Below are positions 26,852 through 42,482 of a DNA stretch of 64,000 bases, piece by piece (positions within the stretch are counted from its first letter, which is position 1; every line of letters begins with the position of its first letter). The translations under genes and the position numbers were made by a program. Location of the stretch: the NCBI RefSeq assembly GCF_006345805.1, contig NC_043004.1, positions 38,812,001 through 38,876,000 of the forward strand. Reading direction: 5' to 3'. The notes below the pieces were generated by a model. That model was not told the DNA's origin and did no database searches. It saw only the letters and a list, made by a program, of their open reading frames with translations. The stretch is from Octopus sinensis (taxonomy: Eukaryota).

Positions 26852-27865
26852 TTATGCATACTATTTCATCTTGGTGCAATGTAGACTCTGTTTGGGTATA
26901 ACTTTCTGATGTAGGCTGAACTCTCTTGAATGATAATTAGATTGTAATATAGTTTGTGATGTCCCACTTTTGCGCATATTAATTAGTCAATATCAATGAT
27001 CGAAGTTCAAAAGAAGAAAGATCTATCAAAACATAGCCCACAGTCACTATCTGTCTAAAAGACAAATATTAAAGTTTCTATATAGTAAACAAATAAGTTC
27101 TAGAACAGTTGATTCCCAGAGAATAATCAGCTGACCTACCAACCTTCACAACCACCTACATATACTTGTATATAGTAAAACAAAAGAGAACAAATCCTAA
27201 CATTAACAGCACCATTGCATGCTTGACTGATCCTCTTCTTCCTCAAGCAAACACTTCTTAAGGACATTGACAATATGTATAAAAATCTGATATCCGACTA
27301 TATTACCACCTACTTAGATTCTTTCGTTAAAACTTAAATACTCTATGACCTTAAAGTTGAAAAATGTAAATAAATACACCTAATTACAATGGTTTCAATA
27401 CTGGACAGAACATTGAGCTTAAACCTTCACATTCCAAAAATGACGTTAAATCCCAAATAGTATCAGAAAAAAAAAACAACGACTAAACTTTATGAAATAT
27501 CTGCAGAACCAGTAAACCCATCAACCTGTGACAGAGATAGATAGATAGATGATGTCCTGTTATTGTCATTAATATTATTATTATTATTGTTTTTACGTAT
27601 TATTTTTGTATTCATATTCGTGTAACATCGTCCGTTTTTCTGTCCTTGTTTCGTATACCTTCGAAGCTTTCTTCCAAGGAGTCTAATGCGCTTAGCTTAG
27701 TTTTTCCTTGGGGCTGGCCAGATTGGAGCAATCGCAAGATTAATCAGCCGAAATTGCGAGGATGATCCGGTTCTTGACTGAAGATTGAAGGCTTCGAATG
27801 TCCCGTCTGTGTTCTTTGTGTCGTCATCAACATGTTTTGCGTTCTTGTCCCAGTTTGTATTTTTT

Positions 27866-27977
<112 letters not shown>

Positions 27978-29116
27978 ATTTAGCAGTGATTTGTATTTAT
28001 TGTCGCATTACAGTTGAATGCATAGACGCATGAAAAATGCTCGCATAAATGTAAACCGATAGCAATATACCGATATTGATAATTTACTAATTCGGGAACA
28101 ATCTTTTGTTGATATATCACACTTTACTATGTCCACGATGGTGTTACATAGATAAGCAGTTTATGTTGTAGAATCGTTCATAAAAACAGCATTAAGTTCC
28201 ATTTTAGCAGTACTGTGCTTCTGTCTCTCTCAAACTATGTTAATATAATTATATTATAAAATAGTTATTTTCAAGAATTCCTGTTTTCTTGGAATTTGTC
28301 TCATGAGTTGATGCTAATCTTCATGTGAAACGGAATAGTGTATGACGACTGCCTGCAGATATGAAAGAATAAATTGTTTTGCATTGTCAGATTTAACTGA
28401 ACACGTCATTGAGCAACTAGATTCTGTTCGGAGAAAAGATTGATTGCATTTGCAGGATCTTTTGTCTATAAATATACCTCGAATCTCACGCCACCTCAAC
28501 ATTAAATAAAGACTAAGACATTGGTCAATGTAATCCCTGACAGGGATAGGATAGGAGGGATAGACAATATAATCAGGAATAACTGCACCATCATACAGAG
28601 GGTGTCTTATGTAGGGGACAACCGCTTTCTATCAAGCAATATTTTTTTTCTGATTTAAAAATACGTATACATGTATGATTCATGACGTTTATCCCATGAC
28701 GTTTTCGCTTGCCACAAACCAAAAATGTTAACATATTACTCGTACTTATTTTATCGAATTCAGAATAAAATGTTAAAATCCACCGGAGAATGTGATGTTG
28801 TGTCAATAAATTCACAAAGCATTTCCCTCTAATGTTTCTTATTTACCTATGCTGCATAATTATGATCATAAAACTACACTTGTTACAACATCAGGTATAG
28901 GATTTATGTTCAAGGGCGAAGTATCTCAACGAACCCGCCTGGTTAGAAAGGAAGATTAGATTCATGTTTCATCGATTTAGTTGTCATATTATTCTTTTAT
29001 ATTATTTCAAGGTTTCCAAATAACCAAGATAAACGACAAGAATAACATCATATCAGTTGCTAAAAGGAAGCAGAACACTATCTTTCACTATAGATACATT
29101 GTTTGTTGTTTGTTCC

Positions 29117-29408
29117 TTCTCGAGCCATGCCTGGCTTATAATTGCCGGTTTCCTGGTTTCTTGGCGTATAGGTTCCCCACTTGGACGGGACGCCGGTCCA
29201 TCGGAGGTGAGCTGCAAGATGCAGGAGGAAAGAGTGAGAGAAAATTGTGGCGAAAGAGTCAGCAGAAGTTCGCCATTACCTTCTGCCGGAGCCGCGTGGA
29301 GCTTAAGTGTTTCGCTCATAAGCACACACATCGTCCGGTCTGAGATTCGAACCCGCGATCCCTCGACCGCGAGTCCGCTGCTCTAACCGCTAGGCCATGT
29401 GCCTCCAC
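29117..29408 (-). mobile_element. tRNA-derived SINE (family B variant)
   Basis: Reverse complement of the tggaggc..atggcctagcggttagagcagcggactcgcggtcg head. Confidence 0.85.
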
Positions 29409-29451
29409 TACTATAGATATATACACAGCAGAAGTAAATATATATTATCAA

Positions 29452-29830
29452 CACACGTAGGAATGGCTGTGTACTTCAGAAAATCACTTTGTAACCCCGT
29501 GGATGTGGGCTCAGTTCCACTGCATACCATACTGGGCATATGTCTTCCGCTATAATATTGAGCTGAGCAGTGCACTGTGAGGGAATTTCTTTACCAAAAA
29601 CTGTAAGGAAACTCATCCAGTGTACATGTGTGTGAATGTGTGCATGCGTGTGTTTATGTGTGCGGGTGTGCGTATGCGTGGGTGTGCCTGATGGTGTGTG
29701 TGTGTGCAGATGTGTGCGCGTGTGCTTATGCTTGTTCTATACCATCGCTTGACATCCGGTGTTGGTGAGCTTATATTCCCGTAACATTATGGTTCGGAAA
29801 ATGTCTGACAGAATAAGTACTAAACTGCAA
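29452..29830 (+). mobile_element. SINE family A, old degenerate copy
   Basis: cgtaggaatggctgtg...catcgcttgaca...gacagaataagtact with internal (TG)n. Confidence 0.65.
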
Positions 29831-29954
29831 AAAAAAATATAATATGTCTTCGGGTAGATTTGTTCAACAAAACACCTCATAGCGTTGCAAAGAGCATGAA
29901 TGCACTTCAAAGACTAAAAGAAGTAGAAATCAAAGCCATAACTTAAAGCGAAGA

Positions 29955-30393
29955 CTATTTTGGTTGAGGTCAGTTTCAATTATAGCTTTGATTCGATCAT
30001 CGTCAACTTCAGTAGGTCGAACAGAAAGTTAATCATCTTGGAGTGAAAAATCACCAGAACGGAATTTTTAAAACCATTTCTAATATGTGCGTTCTGTTAA
30101 GCAATTAACACCATAAACATCAATTATCTCTTTGCGAGCTTCAGCAGCCTTCTTGTCAGAAAAATGCAAAATGTGGCGAAAATATCAGATTTTGCACTTT
30201 GACACTGAATTGACAGCTAAAATTTACATGAACTAACAGCTGTAAACAAAATTACGAGCAATTTGTTTCTAAAGAAAGCCAAAAGTAACGGCTATCAAAT
30301 GTCAAAGAGAAAAATAATAACATTGAGAAAAGTCATTCAAAAAATGTCGCAACTCTATTTGTGAAAAACGAAATTACTTTCTTGCCAACTCGA
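29955..30393 (-). pseudogene. 5' half of a mariner (mellifera-like) with left TIR
   Basis: Minus strand TA|TCGAGTTGGCAAGAAAGTAATTTCGTTTTT, then YFRHILHF..KAAEARKEIIDVYG..CLTERT..WF.KFRSGDFSL.DD...RPTEVDDDRIKAIIE. Confidence 0.85.
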
Positions 30394-30859
30394 TATATAC
30401 GTACATACATATCGAAATCGCTTAGACTTCCTTTTGCTTTCTTAGATTTATCAGTTGTGATAAACCGGAGATATTCATATAATGGTAAACGTAACCAAAG
30501 TTTAGTTTGTAAATTGTTTTTGTTGACAATTTATCGCCTGTAAGTTATAGAAAAACATTACAGTTAATAAATATTTTGTTTTTAATTACGATAATTAATT
30601 ATACGTGATTTACTATAATTAAGTATTTTCACGATATGTTATAATAAGCACATTATCTCGTAAGTAATGTTTTTATCATATCTCGTTATAAAATTCTCGT
30701 TCTCGGGTAGAGGTTCGCTTTAAAGTGTTATACCAACGTTAAGCATCCGAACGAAATATGACGCAAATTTCAATAACTTTATTTAAAACACGGTTTTTAG
30801 ATACCCTAAAGAATACAAAATACACAAAAGTCGATAGAAATATAATCCATAATTGATAA

Positions 30860-31248
30860 ATATTATTATACATATCTTTTCTTCTATAGGTATAATGCTT
30901 AAAATTTGGGAGAGGTGGATGAGTAAATTACTCATTTTATCGACCCCGAAACAATGAAAGTCAAAGTCGACTCCGACAGAATTTGAACTCATATCATTAT
31001 TATTAATATCAAATTAAAACTTAGGCTGGCGTGCTGGCAAAATATTCGCAGCACCGGACAAAATGTTCAGCGACATTTCATCCGTCTTTACGTTCTGATT
31101 TGAAATATCTTCGAAACCTATTTTGCTTTTCATCCGTTCAGGGTCTATAAAATAAGTATCGGTTCAGTATAGGCATCGATACAATGAATACCAGTTCAGT
31201 AGTTGGCAGCAGAATTTCCTGGCCTTGTACCGAAATTTGAAACTATTA
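30860..31248. mobile_element. Two divergently oriented SINE family D copies (30860-30992 minus, 31022-31248 plus)
   Basis: Family D motifs on opposite strands about 30 bp apart. Confidence 0.65.
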
Positions 31249-31924
31249 TGAAAACCAAACTAAATGTTAAAAGAAGTAAGTTAAAACAACATTTTGTTTA
31301 GTTTTATAAGGGGACTTAGTATATATAGGAAATAAGGTTTTCTATAATTTTGATGAAGCTTTCTTATTGATAAAAACGCTTATATACAGAATATTTGAAT
31401 ATCTTATACTGAAAGATAATGATTAAGCCTAATTGACTGGAACAAAATTTGGTGTAAGAGTAATGAGTCATCGCTCAGAAATAAATATTGTGTCAAACTT
31501 AGACGGTGACATTTTCTGGTGGCTGCTACAAGATATACGTGTGTGAAACAATCTATAAAAACAAAATTATTATTTCTTGTAACATAGTGTTTGAATTTTG
31601 GCAGAATTCCATTTGATTTTCAAAGGTCAGATGATGAATGGAAGATATGTGACCCTTTCCAATTTATATTCTCATCAATCAAAACAAAAAAAATACAATG
31701 AATATATATATATATATGTCCGTTGATTCTTTTTAGAGAATATAAGACACAACTTTTAACATAAAACACGTTATTCTATCAATGATAAAATTGCAATATA
31801 TTTTGAGTATATTCTGCCATCTTGTGAGCACATACAATATTCCCTGCTCTGATAATTTCCTCTCTTTAATGGCGAAAAATCTTCCCGAAGAAAGTTTTTC
31901 ATTCTCTTCAGAATTGGAGTTGGA

Positions 31925-32200
31925 GTTCAAGGTATCTTGAAGAAACCGAAACAGATTAAAATCTGAAGGCGCATGGTGGTGCGAATATAGACGGTACTAT
32001 AAATCTTCCCCGAAAAGCTCCAGTAACTTCTATCATATCCGCAAAGAAGTGTGCAATCTGGCATTGTCTTGGTGACAATGCTCTTATGCTTAGCATGTGC
32101 TGGAAGCTTTTTGTGGATCACTGTGTTTAATTTCTTCGTTCGAAGAAAATTGTAAAAGACAACGCCATTCTAGTTTCATCTGATTGATAGCATAACTTTA
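31925..32200 (-). pseudogene. Mariner catalytic-domain remnant
   Basis: Minus strand HQDNARLHTSLR...KLLEL...APSDFNLFRFLQDTLN. Confidence 0.8.
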
Positions 32201-32803
32201 ATGGAGTCAAGTCTTGCTTTGGAAGTTGTTGTTGGCGGCTAGTAGCGCATCCGCACCGATTATTTATGCATCACATTGTCATAGACGAACCATTTCTTTC
32301 AAACAAGGATCATTTTCTTCACGTTTCTGCCAAGAATTACACGTGAAAATCCCTTGCGTTAGGTTAGCACCATTCTGTTGAAGTGGGACCGAAACGTCGA
32401 GCTTGGTAACGTAACCAACTAAATGCAGATGGGTTTCAATGCTCGATTTGGTTGATATTTGGAAAGTATCTGCGATCAACCTGGTTGTATAATAGTTGAT
32501 TGCTGTCGTGTAACCCCTTCCTTTGTTGCTGTTAATCTCAGTTTGCTGGCCAGAGGAAGGAGCTTTGTGAATCGAATATAGCGTCCTGCATGTTTTGCCA
32601 CTTTCTAGAATTTTGGAAAAAGAGTAAATACGGGTAAGTACGCGCACTCACATGCATACATATATATATATAAACATACCAGCACTCGTACGCAAATATA
32701 TATACAGATGCTTGTGTGTACATACACATACTTACACATATGTATATCTACTTATATACACCCACATGCACATGCATCCATTCATATAAATATATATATG
32801 TTC

Positions 32804-32878
<75 letters not shown>

Positions 32879-32924
32879 CATACATATGTAACATAATATA
32901 TTTAACATTCCCTTCCTTTAATTT

Positions 32925-33520
32925 CCATATTAGGTCTGCTAGTGATGTTGCATGTCGCAGGTTTATCTTTCGGAAAGAGGAGACATGGTTGCGACACCGG
33001 ACGATAACTTGGTTTTCGGAAGTTCCTGTATATGCGTATTTGTAATGTTGGGTGGTGATTGTGCATTTGTATAGGATGTTTCATTTTTTCTTTTGCATGC
33101 ATTGTTTCTTGCGCGGACATGCAGATTTCCTGCGACAGCTGCAATTATTTGCACTATTATTATGTTTGCAGTTATCTGGTGACTTTTTGCTTTCGTATTT
33201 GTGATGTTCCGGTTGATTAGAATTTTCTGAAATGTTCTTGATGTTATAGCTTATTTTGTTGATTCTTTTTTGAATTTTCGTTTGAATCCTATTATAACTG
33301 TCGGGGGCGTTATCTATGTTTTTATGATTCCTACCGTGTTTACCAACATAAACACATATTTATATTTTTATATATTTTATATTTTTAGTTTCTACAAACA
33401 TTTTACCCTTATTTATGGTTTTCAGGATCACTGCATGAATTTTCCAATAGCATTTGGATGCTTAACTAGGACGTATTGTCTGAGTAAACGTTTTAGAATT
33501 AAGTTTTAGAAAAATAGTAT
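32925..33520 (-). pseudogene. Penelope-like element remnant, GIY-YIG endonuclease region
   Basis: Minus strand PPTVIIGFKR...CSCRRKSACPRKKQC..ILYKCTITT..YKYAYTGTSENQ..VRCRNHVSSFRK...TSLADLIWK, frameshifted. Confidence 0.75.
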
Positions 33521-35179
33521 CAAGATTCGGTTAGATAGTGAGGCAACTTATAAGTATTTTTTAAGAAGAAATATGCACACCTACATGTGTTTCTGTTTCT
33601 GTATAAATCTATGCTTTCAGTACCTGGAAAAAGTATATGGGTTTGTAATAATTCTGTTTGAAATATGCAAAAATAACCTTTGAAAATTTACCATGTGAGA
33701 GATCAAGACCTACCCGTATTAACTGTACGCTTGGGTCATGTTTGGATTCATTTTCCAATCTCTTTGGTTTCAAAGAATATGCTACTGACTCACAATTTTT
33801 ATAATTTCTTTCTGTTGCCTCTTTTTTCTGAGCTCTCTTTATCATTATGCATTGTTATCTTCCTCTCTTCTTCTTTCTCTATCTCTTGGATGTATTCATT
33901 ATCTCACATATTCAACTTACTTTATCTTATATTTTTTTTTGTTTATCGCATTTATGATTGCCCTACGTATTTTCTTCTCTATTCTTCTCTTTTATTCTTT
34001 ATTTTTACCTTCTTTCTACTTCCTTTCTATTCTTCACTTTTCATTTTTTCTATCGCTTTTCCTTTCTTTGTTCTCTATTGGCCTTCTCTGCCTCTCTTTC
34101 ATTCTCCCTCAAATTTTATATCTCTGTAAAAAATTCTTACAAAATGCGAAAAGATCTTAATGCACTCAGAGTATCCATTGTTGGATTCCAAGCAATCAAA
34201 ATTATGAAACTTTCCTACAAGCAAATAATAAAAAAACTATATTCTCTATTTGTTCTGTATTTCGCAACTAGTAATACTACTATGTATAACATTTGCTTAA
34301 CCACTAAACTGAAAGCCGGCTGGACTAGATTAAATTACGTGGGGCTCTAAAGGTAACAATAGTAGTTGTACGAAGAAGATACTCTATATGAATGTGTGGT
34401 GTCTGTGTGTGATTATATATGTGTGAGTCTATGTCTGTGTGTCTGAATCTGTGTGCATGTGTATGTATATGTATGTGTGTATGTGTGTTAATGTGTATGT
34501 GAGTACAATAAATATAGATTTGATGTACAAATGTTTCAAATCAAGACGATTTTCTGAAGCTATCATTTATTTTCGAGTTATCATTGCCTCTTATTTTGCA
34601 TATAATTTTCTACTGGCACAAAACACATCTAGACTACTGAAAACGCTAGTGACAAGCTTACTGATATTAATGACCAAATTAATATTGAAATGACCAAATA
34701 CGATTAATTTTTTTTTCTTCTCTGTGTCAGATAAATTTTATTGCTTTTCGATAAGTGGAAAAGATACATATCATTAAACTTAGTCTCATTAATTCTAGAC
34801 TAATAGTCTAAAACTGAAAATTATCGTGGTTATCTATCGGTGTTAAATAGAAATGACATATAAAATATGATAAAAAGAAATCAAAATATAATTACAAAAT
34901 ATAACCCAATGTAAACCCAATAGAGAGCACATAAGATTTCCAACGGTAATGACATTAGCAGAAGTAGCCACAGTAGCAGCAGAAGTATGAATGACAATAA
35001 GAGAGAAAAAAAATACATTACTTTTATGAATCAACACGTTTTTACTTCATAATTATCGTCATTGCATTAACTCATTAATGCATGAAGTTTTAATTATAAA
35101 AATATAGAGAATTATAATCCAATAAATATTTCGTAATGCAGTATTTTCTGTTCTGGAGCCAATACACATTAATGGATTA

Positions 35180-35274
35180 ATGATCATCATCATCGTCGTC
35201 GTCATCACCATCTTCAGCACCATCATCATCATCTTCCTCCTCCTCCTCCCTCCTCCTCCTCCTCCTCCTCCTCC

Positions 35275-35328
<54 letters not shown>

Positions 35329-35515
35329 CCACCATTATTATTATTATCAGTCATTACCATTGACGTATCTCCAGCACCCCCGCGCCAGCACCACCACAAC
35401 CACCACCGACACCACGGACAGCAGCAACTCCAACAACACCACCACCACCACAACCACCTCATCTCCATCATCATCACCACCATCACGATCAACAACATCA
35501 ACAACAACATCTACT
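35180..35515. repeat. Compound trinucleotide tract (CAT/CCT/CAC/CAA)n
   Basis: Directly visible; source of the poly-His/Pro/Thr ORF. Confidence 0.95.
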
Positions 35516-36257
35516 TAACTGCTAAATTTTAAATTTTTCTACAACTACCAAACAAAAATAAAGAAAAGAATGAAGAACAATAATAATGATACTGGAAAAT
35601 AGGAAAAAAACACACCAATAACGAAACATTTATAATGCCATTATTGTTTCCTGCTAACGTCTTTTAAATTGATAAAACAACAAGAATACAAATTTTGAAA
35701 AGGAAAACTGCAGAAATAATTTAGCATACATAAGACAAACACATTAGCAGCAACATTGTTAAAAACGAAAATGAAACATTGATAACATGGAGAGTAGCAA
35801 GAGTCACTGAACAACAGTTGCAGTGAAAGAAAGTAGCTAAGTGTAGCCCTTCAATTAAATATAATAACAATATCAACGATTGCTATCATTGTTGTTACCA
35901 AATGAATACATCTCAACTCTTCAGTGAAAAAGTAAGGATTATGCAAATTTGCTAAATGCAGAAAAAATATTAATCTTATATCTTAAAAGAAATACCGAGC
36001 TTGTACATGGTTTATCCATTTGAAAGGAAGGACATGGAAATTCTACTCAAATTCAAGATGTTTCAAATTATACTTAAATTGTAGTATCCAAAAGTATGTG
36101 AACAAATGCAAGTTAAATACAAAATTTGGAATCACTGACATTATATTAACTTACGCAATTAGCGAAACATTTAAACGAATGAATCAGTTGGAGTAAATTA
36201 TCTTCAGTAACTATTTTTAATCTCATATATTGGAATATTTTCTACCAGACTTATTTT

Positions 36258-36729
36258 GGATCTTTTATGCTTGAACGGCAGTTTTTTCTAGCGGTGTCAT
36301 ATGAAATTGTCACCCATAATTATGACCCAAGAATCGATCTATTGCATTTCAATCTGACTTAGGGTTAGGGTTAATTAGGGATAGTTAGGGTTAGTTAGAA
36401 TTAGTTAGGGTTAGGGTTAGGGTTAGGGTTAGGGGTGGGGGAAAGGTATCTTTTTTCTTCACAAATGTAAATAAACCCAATCTGTTTCTTAAACGAGGGA
36501 CATATTTATACGGCACAGAATGTTTTCACCACAAATAGACGTCACTGATTGGTTGAAATTGCAGAAATTGAAGAAAAAAACAACAAAGATCTTACAAACT
36601 ATAGAATGTTCTCAATAAAGCCAAGAGAAAAAGATGTTTTATAAACACATTCTACCAGTATACGAAGTTTAAAATTTTTTCGTTACCTAGAAATCATGTT
36701 AAAATCTACCGTCTAAACCGAAAAGATCC
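36258..36729. mobile_element. 472-bp MITE with about 29-bp imperfect TIRs, GG termini and 8-bp TSD (Merlin-like), carrying an internal TTAGGG array
   Basis: Left end ggatcttttatgcttgaacggcag; right end reverse-complemented ggatcttttcggtttagacggtag. TSD cttatttt at 36250-36257 and 36730-36737. Confidence 0.8.
36359..36434 (+). repeat. Interstitial telomere-like (TTAGGG)n/(TTAG) array inside the MITE
   Basis: ttagggttaggg...ttagggttagggttagggttagggttagggg. Confidence 0.95.
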
Positions 36730-37479
36730 CTTATTTTTAGTAAATAAGTTAAATAACGAACAAGTAAAAAACCACCATTGTTTCTCAACGCTGTGTGTGT
36801 GTGCATGCGCATGTGTGTATGTGAGTGTGTGGGGGAGGGGAGACGAATTTTACCTCAGCTTCCTCTCTATCATTTTCATTCATAAGACATTGGCTGGCAC
36901 ACTTAATCGACGTGACCACCTCCGCGCCACACAAACGCTAAACTGCATGTTTGTGAAGCGAATTTCCTTACCTTACCACTATGCCTGCGCTTTGCCATAC
37001 AATATTCTTTTATCATTTAATCTTGTTATTCAGAAATGTCAACTAAAATATGTATGCGATATTGATGATAGGCTTTTTTTACTAAAAATACTCTCAGTGT
37101 ATGTGTGTGTAAAGATACACACATTGACACGATGACACGCATGCGCGCCCACACACACACTCACATACACACACGCACATACACACGCGCGCGCGCTAAC
37201 ACTCATACACGCATATATATATATATATATTTGCTAATACATAACCGGCGTGAACCAGGGAATATTTCTATTTACCGTAACATAGCTAAAAAAAAGTCGG
37301 CCATGACGGCTAATAAATCAGTAAATTAAGGGATGGACGCAAATAATAGGGCGTATTTAGTTTTTCGTCTACTACTTCGTCTTTCACAGAGGAATGATAT
37401 TGCTAATGATAAAGACGGCTACAGCAGTCACTGCAAAACTAGCATAAAAATAAACAAGATGAGTGCTATTCATCGATGA

Positions 37480-38600
<1,121 letters not shown>

Positions 38601-38954
38601 GTAGCTACAAATGTTCAATTAAGGTTCTTCGTTATATTATCAATGCTTTTTCCCCCTTTTTGTATTGTGTTGGAATGGTCTGCGTCAAAACACGAAGTAA
38701 GGGAGGCGTACACACAATATTCCATCCACCAAGCCAAGAATATTGAAATAGATGATGGGATTATGAAGTCTATGATCGAATATATATATACACTGAAAGT
38801 ATATAAAATATAAAATTGTGTGTTATCTATAAAATATTGTTAGTTGTAAAATTTGGTTTAATTTGTTGCTCTTTTTGTCATCTTTGCTATTATTTATTCC
38901 TAGGTGTCACAGTTGGAGCAAACTACTGCACATACATCTCCCAGTGTTACAATC

Positions 38955-39495
38955 TCGTACTTTTTAGAGAGGGTTGGGTTCGCAATCATGTGGTAGTGAG
39001 TTCCATTCCCGGACCGAGCTGTGTGTTTTGTTCTTCAGCAAGAACATTCTATTTCACGTTGTTCCAGTTCACGCAGCTGTAGACACAAGTTACGGCGTCA
39101 TTGGTGCCAAGTTGTATCGGTCTTTGCCTTTCCCTTGGATAACATCGGTGACGCCGAAGGGAGACATGTATTCACGGGTGTCTGCTGGTCGTCCATACAT
39201 AACCTTGGCCAGACTTGTGGTCATTCGTGATCAAAAGGGTTCTTTATTCTTTACGCTTTATCTGCAGATAGTGGAGGTACGTGGCTTAGTGGTTAGGGTG
39301 TTGAAATCATGAACGTAAGATGGTGGTTTCGATTCCTGGACCAGGTGACGCGTTGTGCTCTTGTGCAATATACTTAATTTCCCGTTGCTCCAGTCCACTC
39401 AGCGGGCAAAAATGAGTAATGCTGCGATGGACAGGCGTCCCGTTCACGTGGGGAATATACATGCCATGAAAACCAGGAAACCAGCCCTATGAATC
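38955..39495 (+). mobile_element. Two adjacent tRNA-derived SINEs of family C type (38955-39243, 39271-39495)
   Basis: tRNA-like heads (gtggcttagtggttaggg...ggtttcgattcc) and atttcacgttgttccagttcacgcagctg-type body. Confidence 0.7.
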
Positions 39496-40174
39496 TATAT
39501 AACTTAGCATGGAACTTTACTTTACTCTCTGCTGATATACTATGCTCCATGACCCTGCATTTCAAGCCATTGCTGGTTTCACAGGCTGATGTTTCTTGAA
39601 TGTGATCCAGTATTGATTTAAGATTTAGCCGAAAAGCGTGAGTTCAAGGTTAACAGATATTTCGCTGAACACTGCAATTAAGTCAAGTTAGAATGTAAAC
39701 TTGGAAACAAATATATTTTATTCGGAAATTATTCAGATTAGAATTTAAATGGTTTTCAAATTAGATTAACTAAATGTATGTAAACAAACAGTTTTAGGCA
39801 AACACGGAAAATTTGCATTCACTAATAACATCCCAACACACACATTGCTGTAAATCAAACTAAACGTATAATGCTTCCATTATATATACACATTTTATGT
39901 GTGTATTTCGGTGTTTAACTGTTTGTTTGTGTATGTGTGTACGTGTGTGCATGTGTCTGTGTGTGTCTGTGTGTGCGAGTGAGTGTGTGTATGTTTGTGT
40001 GTGTGTGTGTGGTGTGTGTGTGTTATCTTTTACTTGTTTCAATCATTGAAGTGAACCTCGGCAATATTGGGGCACAACCACGAAAACTAATTAGCAATAT
40101 ATATGTGTGCGTGAGTGTGTTTGTGTGTAGGGAGTGTTTTGTGCCTCTCTCTATCTTTCTCTCTTTTTCTCTCT

Positions 40175-40213
<39 letters not shown>

Positions 40214-40647
40214 GCGTGTTCATATATGTCTATACTACTATGCTTATCAACGTTAGCGTGTGTGTTTGTGTGTGTGTGTGTGTGTGCATTTTGTACATAA
40301 TCTATGCATGTTTTGCATAAATGTTTGCATTTAGCGATGCAAAACTTGATTACTTTGATGACTTCAGGAAAACCGGTTTTATAATCAAGTTTTACGTCAG
40401 TGTGATTGGAGTGAGAGATTATTGTCCGTTAAAGTACAAATGGCAATAATGATTCTGATTTTATCGTTTTCCTGTTTATGCTCTATTTTGTGTTATCGAT
40501 GGTGTTGTCAGCTGGTAATATTGTCGGTGCCAGTTGCTGTAGACAAGTCTGTTTCTTAGTAACAACATACCTACACAGAAAAGTAATTTAAGTTCAGAAT
40601 CATATCTGTCCAACCTAATTTCTATTGTTCATAATTATAACTTCCAG

Positions 40648-40734
40648 CGAATCCTATAAATGTTCAGGTTTCACTTGCCGAATTATCAATACAAGAAGAG
40701 CCATTTTCAAGTCCAAAAAAGGATATCTTTCATT
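40648..40734 (+). CDS. Putative coding exon (87 nt, phase 1-1); xNPINVQVSLAELSIQEEPFSSPKKDIFH
   Basis: Acceptor aacttccag, donor CATT/gtaatt, open frame, phase-compatible with the 14580 and 51522 exons. Confidence 0.4.
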
Positions 40735-41802
40735 GTAATTTAAGGAACACCAACGACATAACTATGTGTTATACATGTATTTGTAAACGAATGCACGTAT
40801 ATATGCATATACTTTTCTGTGCATGTACGCATGAAATGTGTATGCATGTATGAGCAGCGATATACATGAGTACAATCATGGATCTCATTACAGGTCTGAA
40901 CCTGTGTTTTGACTCTGTCTTTACCCAAACAATCGGGTCTTGTCTGTATATATGCATATGCATATTTTATTATAAGTGTTTGTATTTATATGACCCACTA
41001 TATAACTTCAGGTATGTCTTACAAGTTTTCAAAATAATGTTAATGTTTATAAAAGTAATTTTCTTATTAGTGGCGGTACTTTTGTTTTGGTGAAGCCCAG
41101 TTTCCCAAAACTTGTATTGTGATAATTTCGTACGTATCCAAGTTACACGATAATTACAGGTATCAATCTAAACTATATTCCGAGTCTAATAACCGAAAAT
41201 ATATGATTACTTCGGCATAGTTTTTTTCTTTGTCATTGCTCTCTATGTTAACATCCATTAAGCATCTAATTTCTACTAGGGTGCACACATTTTTAAAGTC
41301 TCCCCAAGATCACTGATTTTTTTAAAGCTTGTTTTCGTCTTAGTTTAGTTTCGCAATTTACGCAAGTTTACATTTGTCTGGTGTGAAGGAAGCATATTGT
41401 GATACAGATGACATCTATACATGTAGCGGGGACATACAGACCGCTGCCTTCTTTTATCGCAGACCATCTTTTTCTTTCACAATGTGTTACTTTCGCAGAA
41501 TTGTCAATTCATTCCGATTTCCTCTCTTTAAGCATAGGAAATCGGTTATTATTGCTTCAAGATGTTTGCTTACATTCTCTCGAATCGAATGTAATTTCAT
41601 TTAATCATAAAATAATATATAGATACACACATGCATATGTATACATGTATGTATGTATGTATGTATGTATGTATGTATGTATGTATGTATGGATGTATGT
41701 ATGCATGCATGCATGTATGCATGTATGTATGTATGTATGTATGTATGTATATATATATGTGTGTGGTGTATATATATATATGCATGTAAATATATATGTG
41801 TG

Positions 41803-41869
<67 letters not shown>

Positions 41870-42181
41870 TTGTTTATGTGTATCTAAAAATGGACTTGTC
41901 TCATTGCGTGTTAGTATTTTGTGTGTCGGAAAGGATGATACAAATACGATATGAAAAATGGTCGGCGGGGTTCGAACAACTCTATGTTTAGAAAAAAAAA
42001 AAAGAAGAAAAATGTGATCCCATTATTCTATGCAAATCAAAGGAACTCCAATTCTGACAAATCACCAAAGTTGAAATTCCCGCCAGCTAAGCGTGAAATT
42101 GAATCTAAATCAGTTAGCTTAACTGAAAAATTCGATTAAGCAATAATGCCGAAAATGATGTGGACGAAGTTGTTGCTGCTG

Positions 42182-42221
<40 letters not shown>

Positions 42222-42442
42222 AATGAAAGGGGGGGGATGATGCTGGCGGTGATGGCGGTGGTGATGCTGGCGGTGATGATGATAATGGTGATGATAATAA
42301 TAATGATTATGATGATGATCTTGGCACATCTGATGATGTTAGATACACAACAATGCTATTCAACTAAGCCCGACTAACCGTTTATTTGATGCATATTTCA
42401 GATGACACCACGTGGCATTTTGCTTGTGTGTTATACTTATAT

Positions 42443-42482
<40 letters not shown>

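Noticed and set aside
27770-27810. CTGAAGA...GAAT...GTC hammerhead-like string
   Set aside because: No pairing stem I and GAAA is broken; insufficient support.
32279-32647. 122-aa non-repetitive minus-strand ORF
   Set aside because: No recognisable motif, no convincing donor site, and it sits between transposon remnants. Cannot be supported as a gene.
35180-35518. Poly-Pro/poly-His/poly-Thr ORF and its antisense poly-Asp/Glu ORF
   Set aside because: Compound trinucleotide microsatellite with no splice context or non-repetitive coding sequence.
36359-36434. Possible true telomere or chromosome-fusion scar
   Set aside because: Short, degenerate, single orientation, and enclosed within a TIR/TSD-bounded element.
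38624-38696. Candidate exon VLRYIINAFSPFLYCVGMVCVKTR (phase 0-1)
   Set aside because: Weak acceptor, two open frames, and it sits at the edge of a Penelope remnant.
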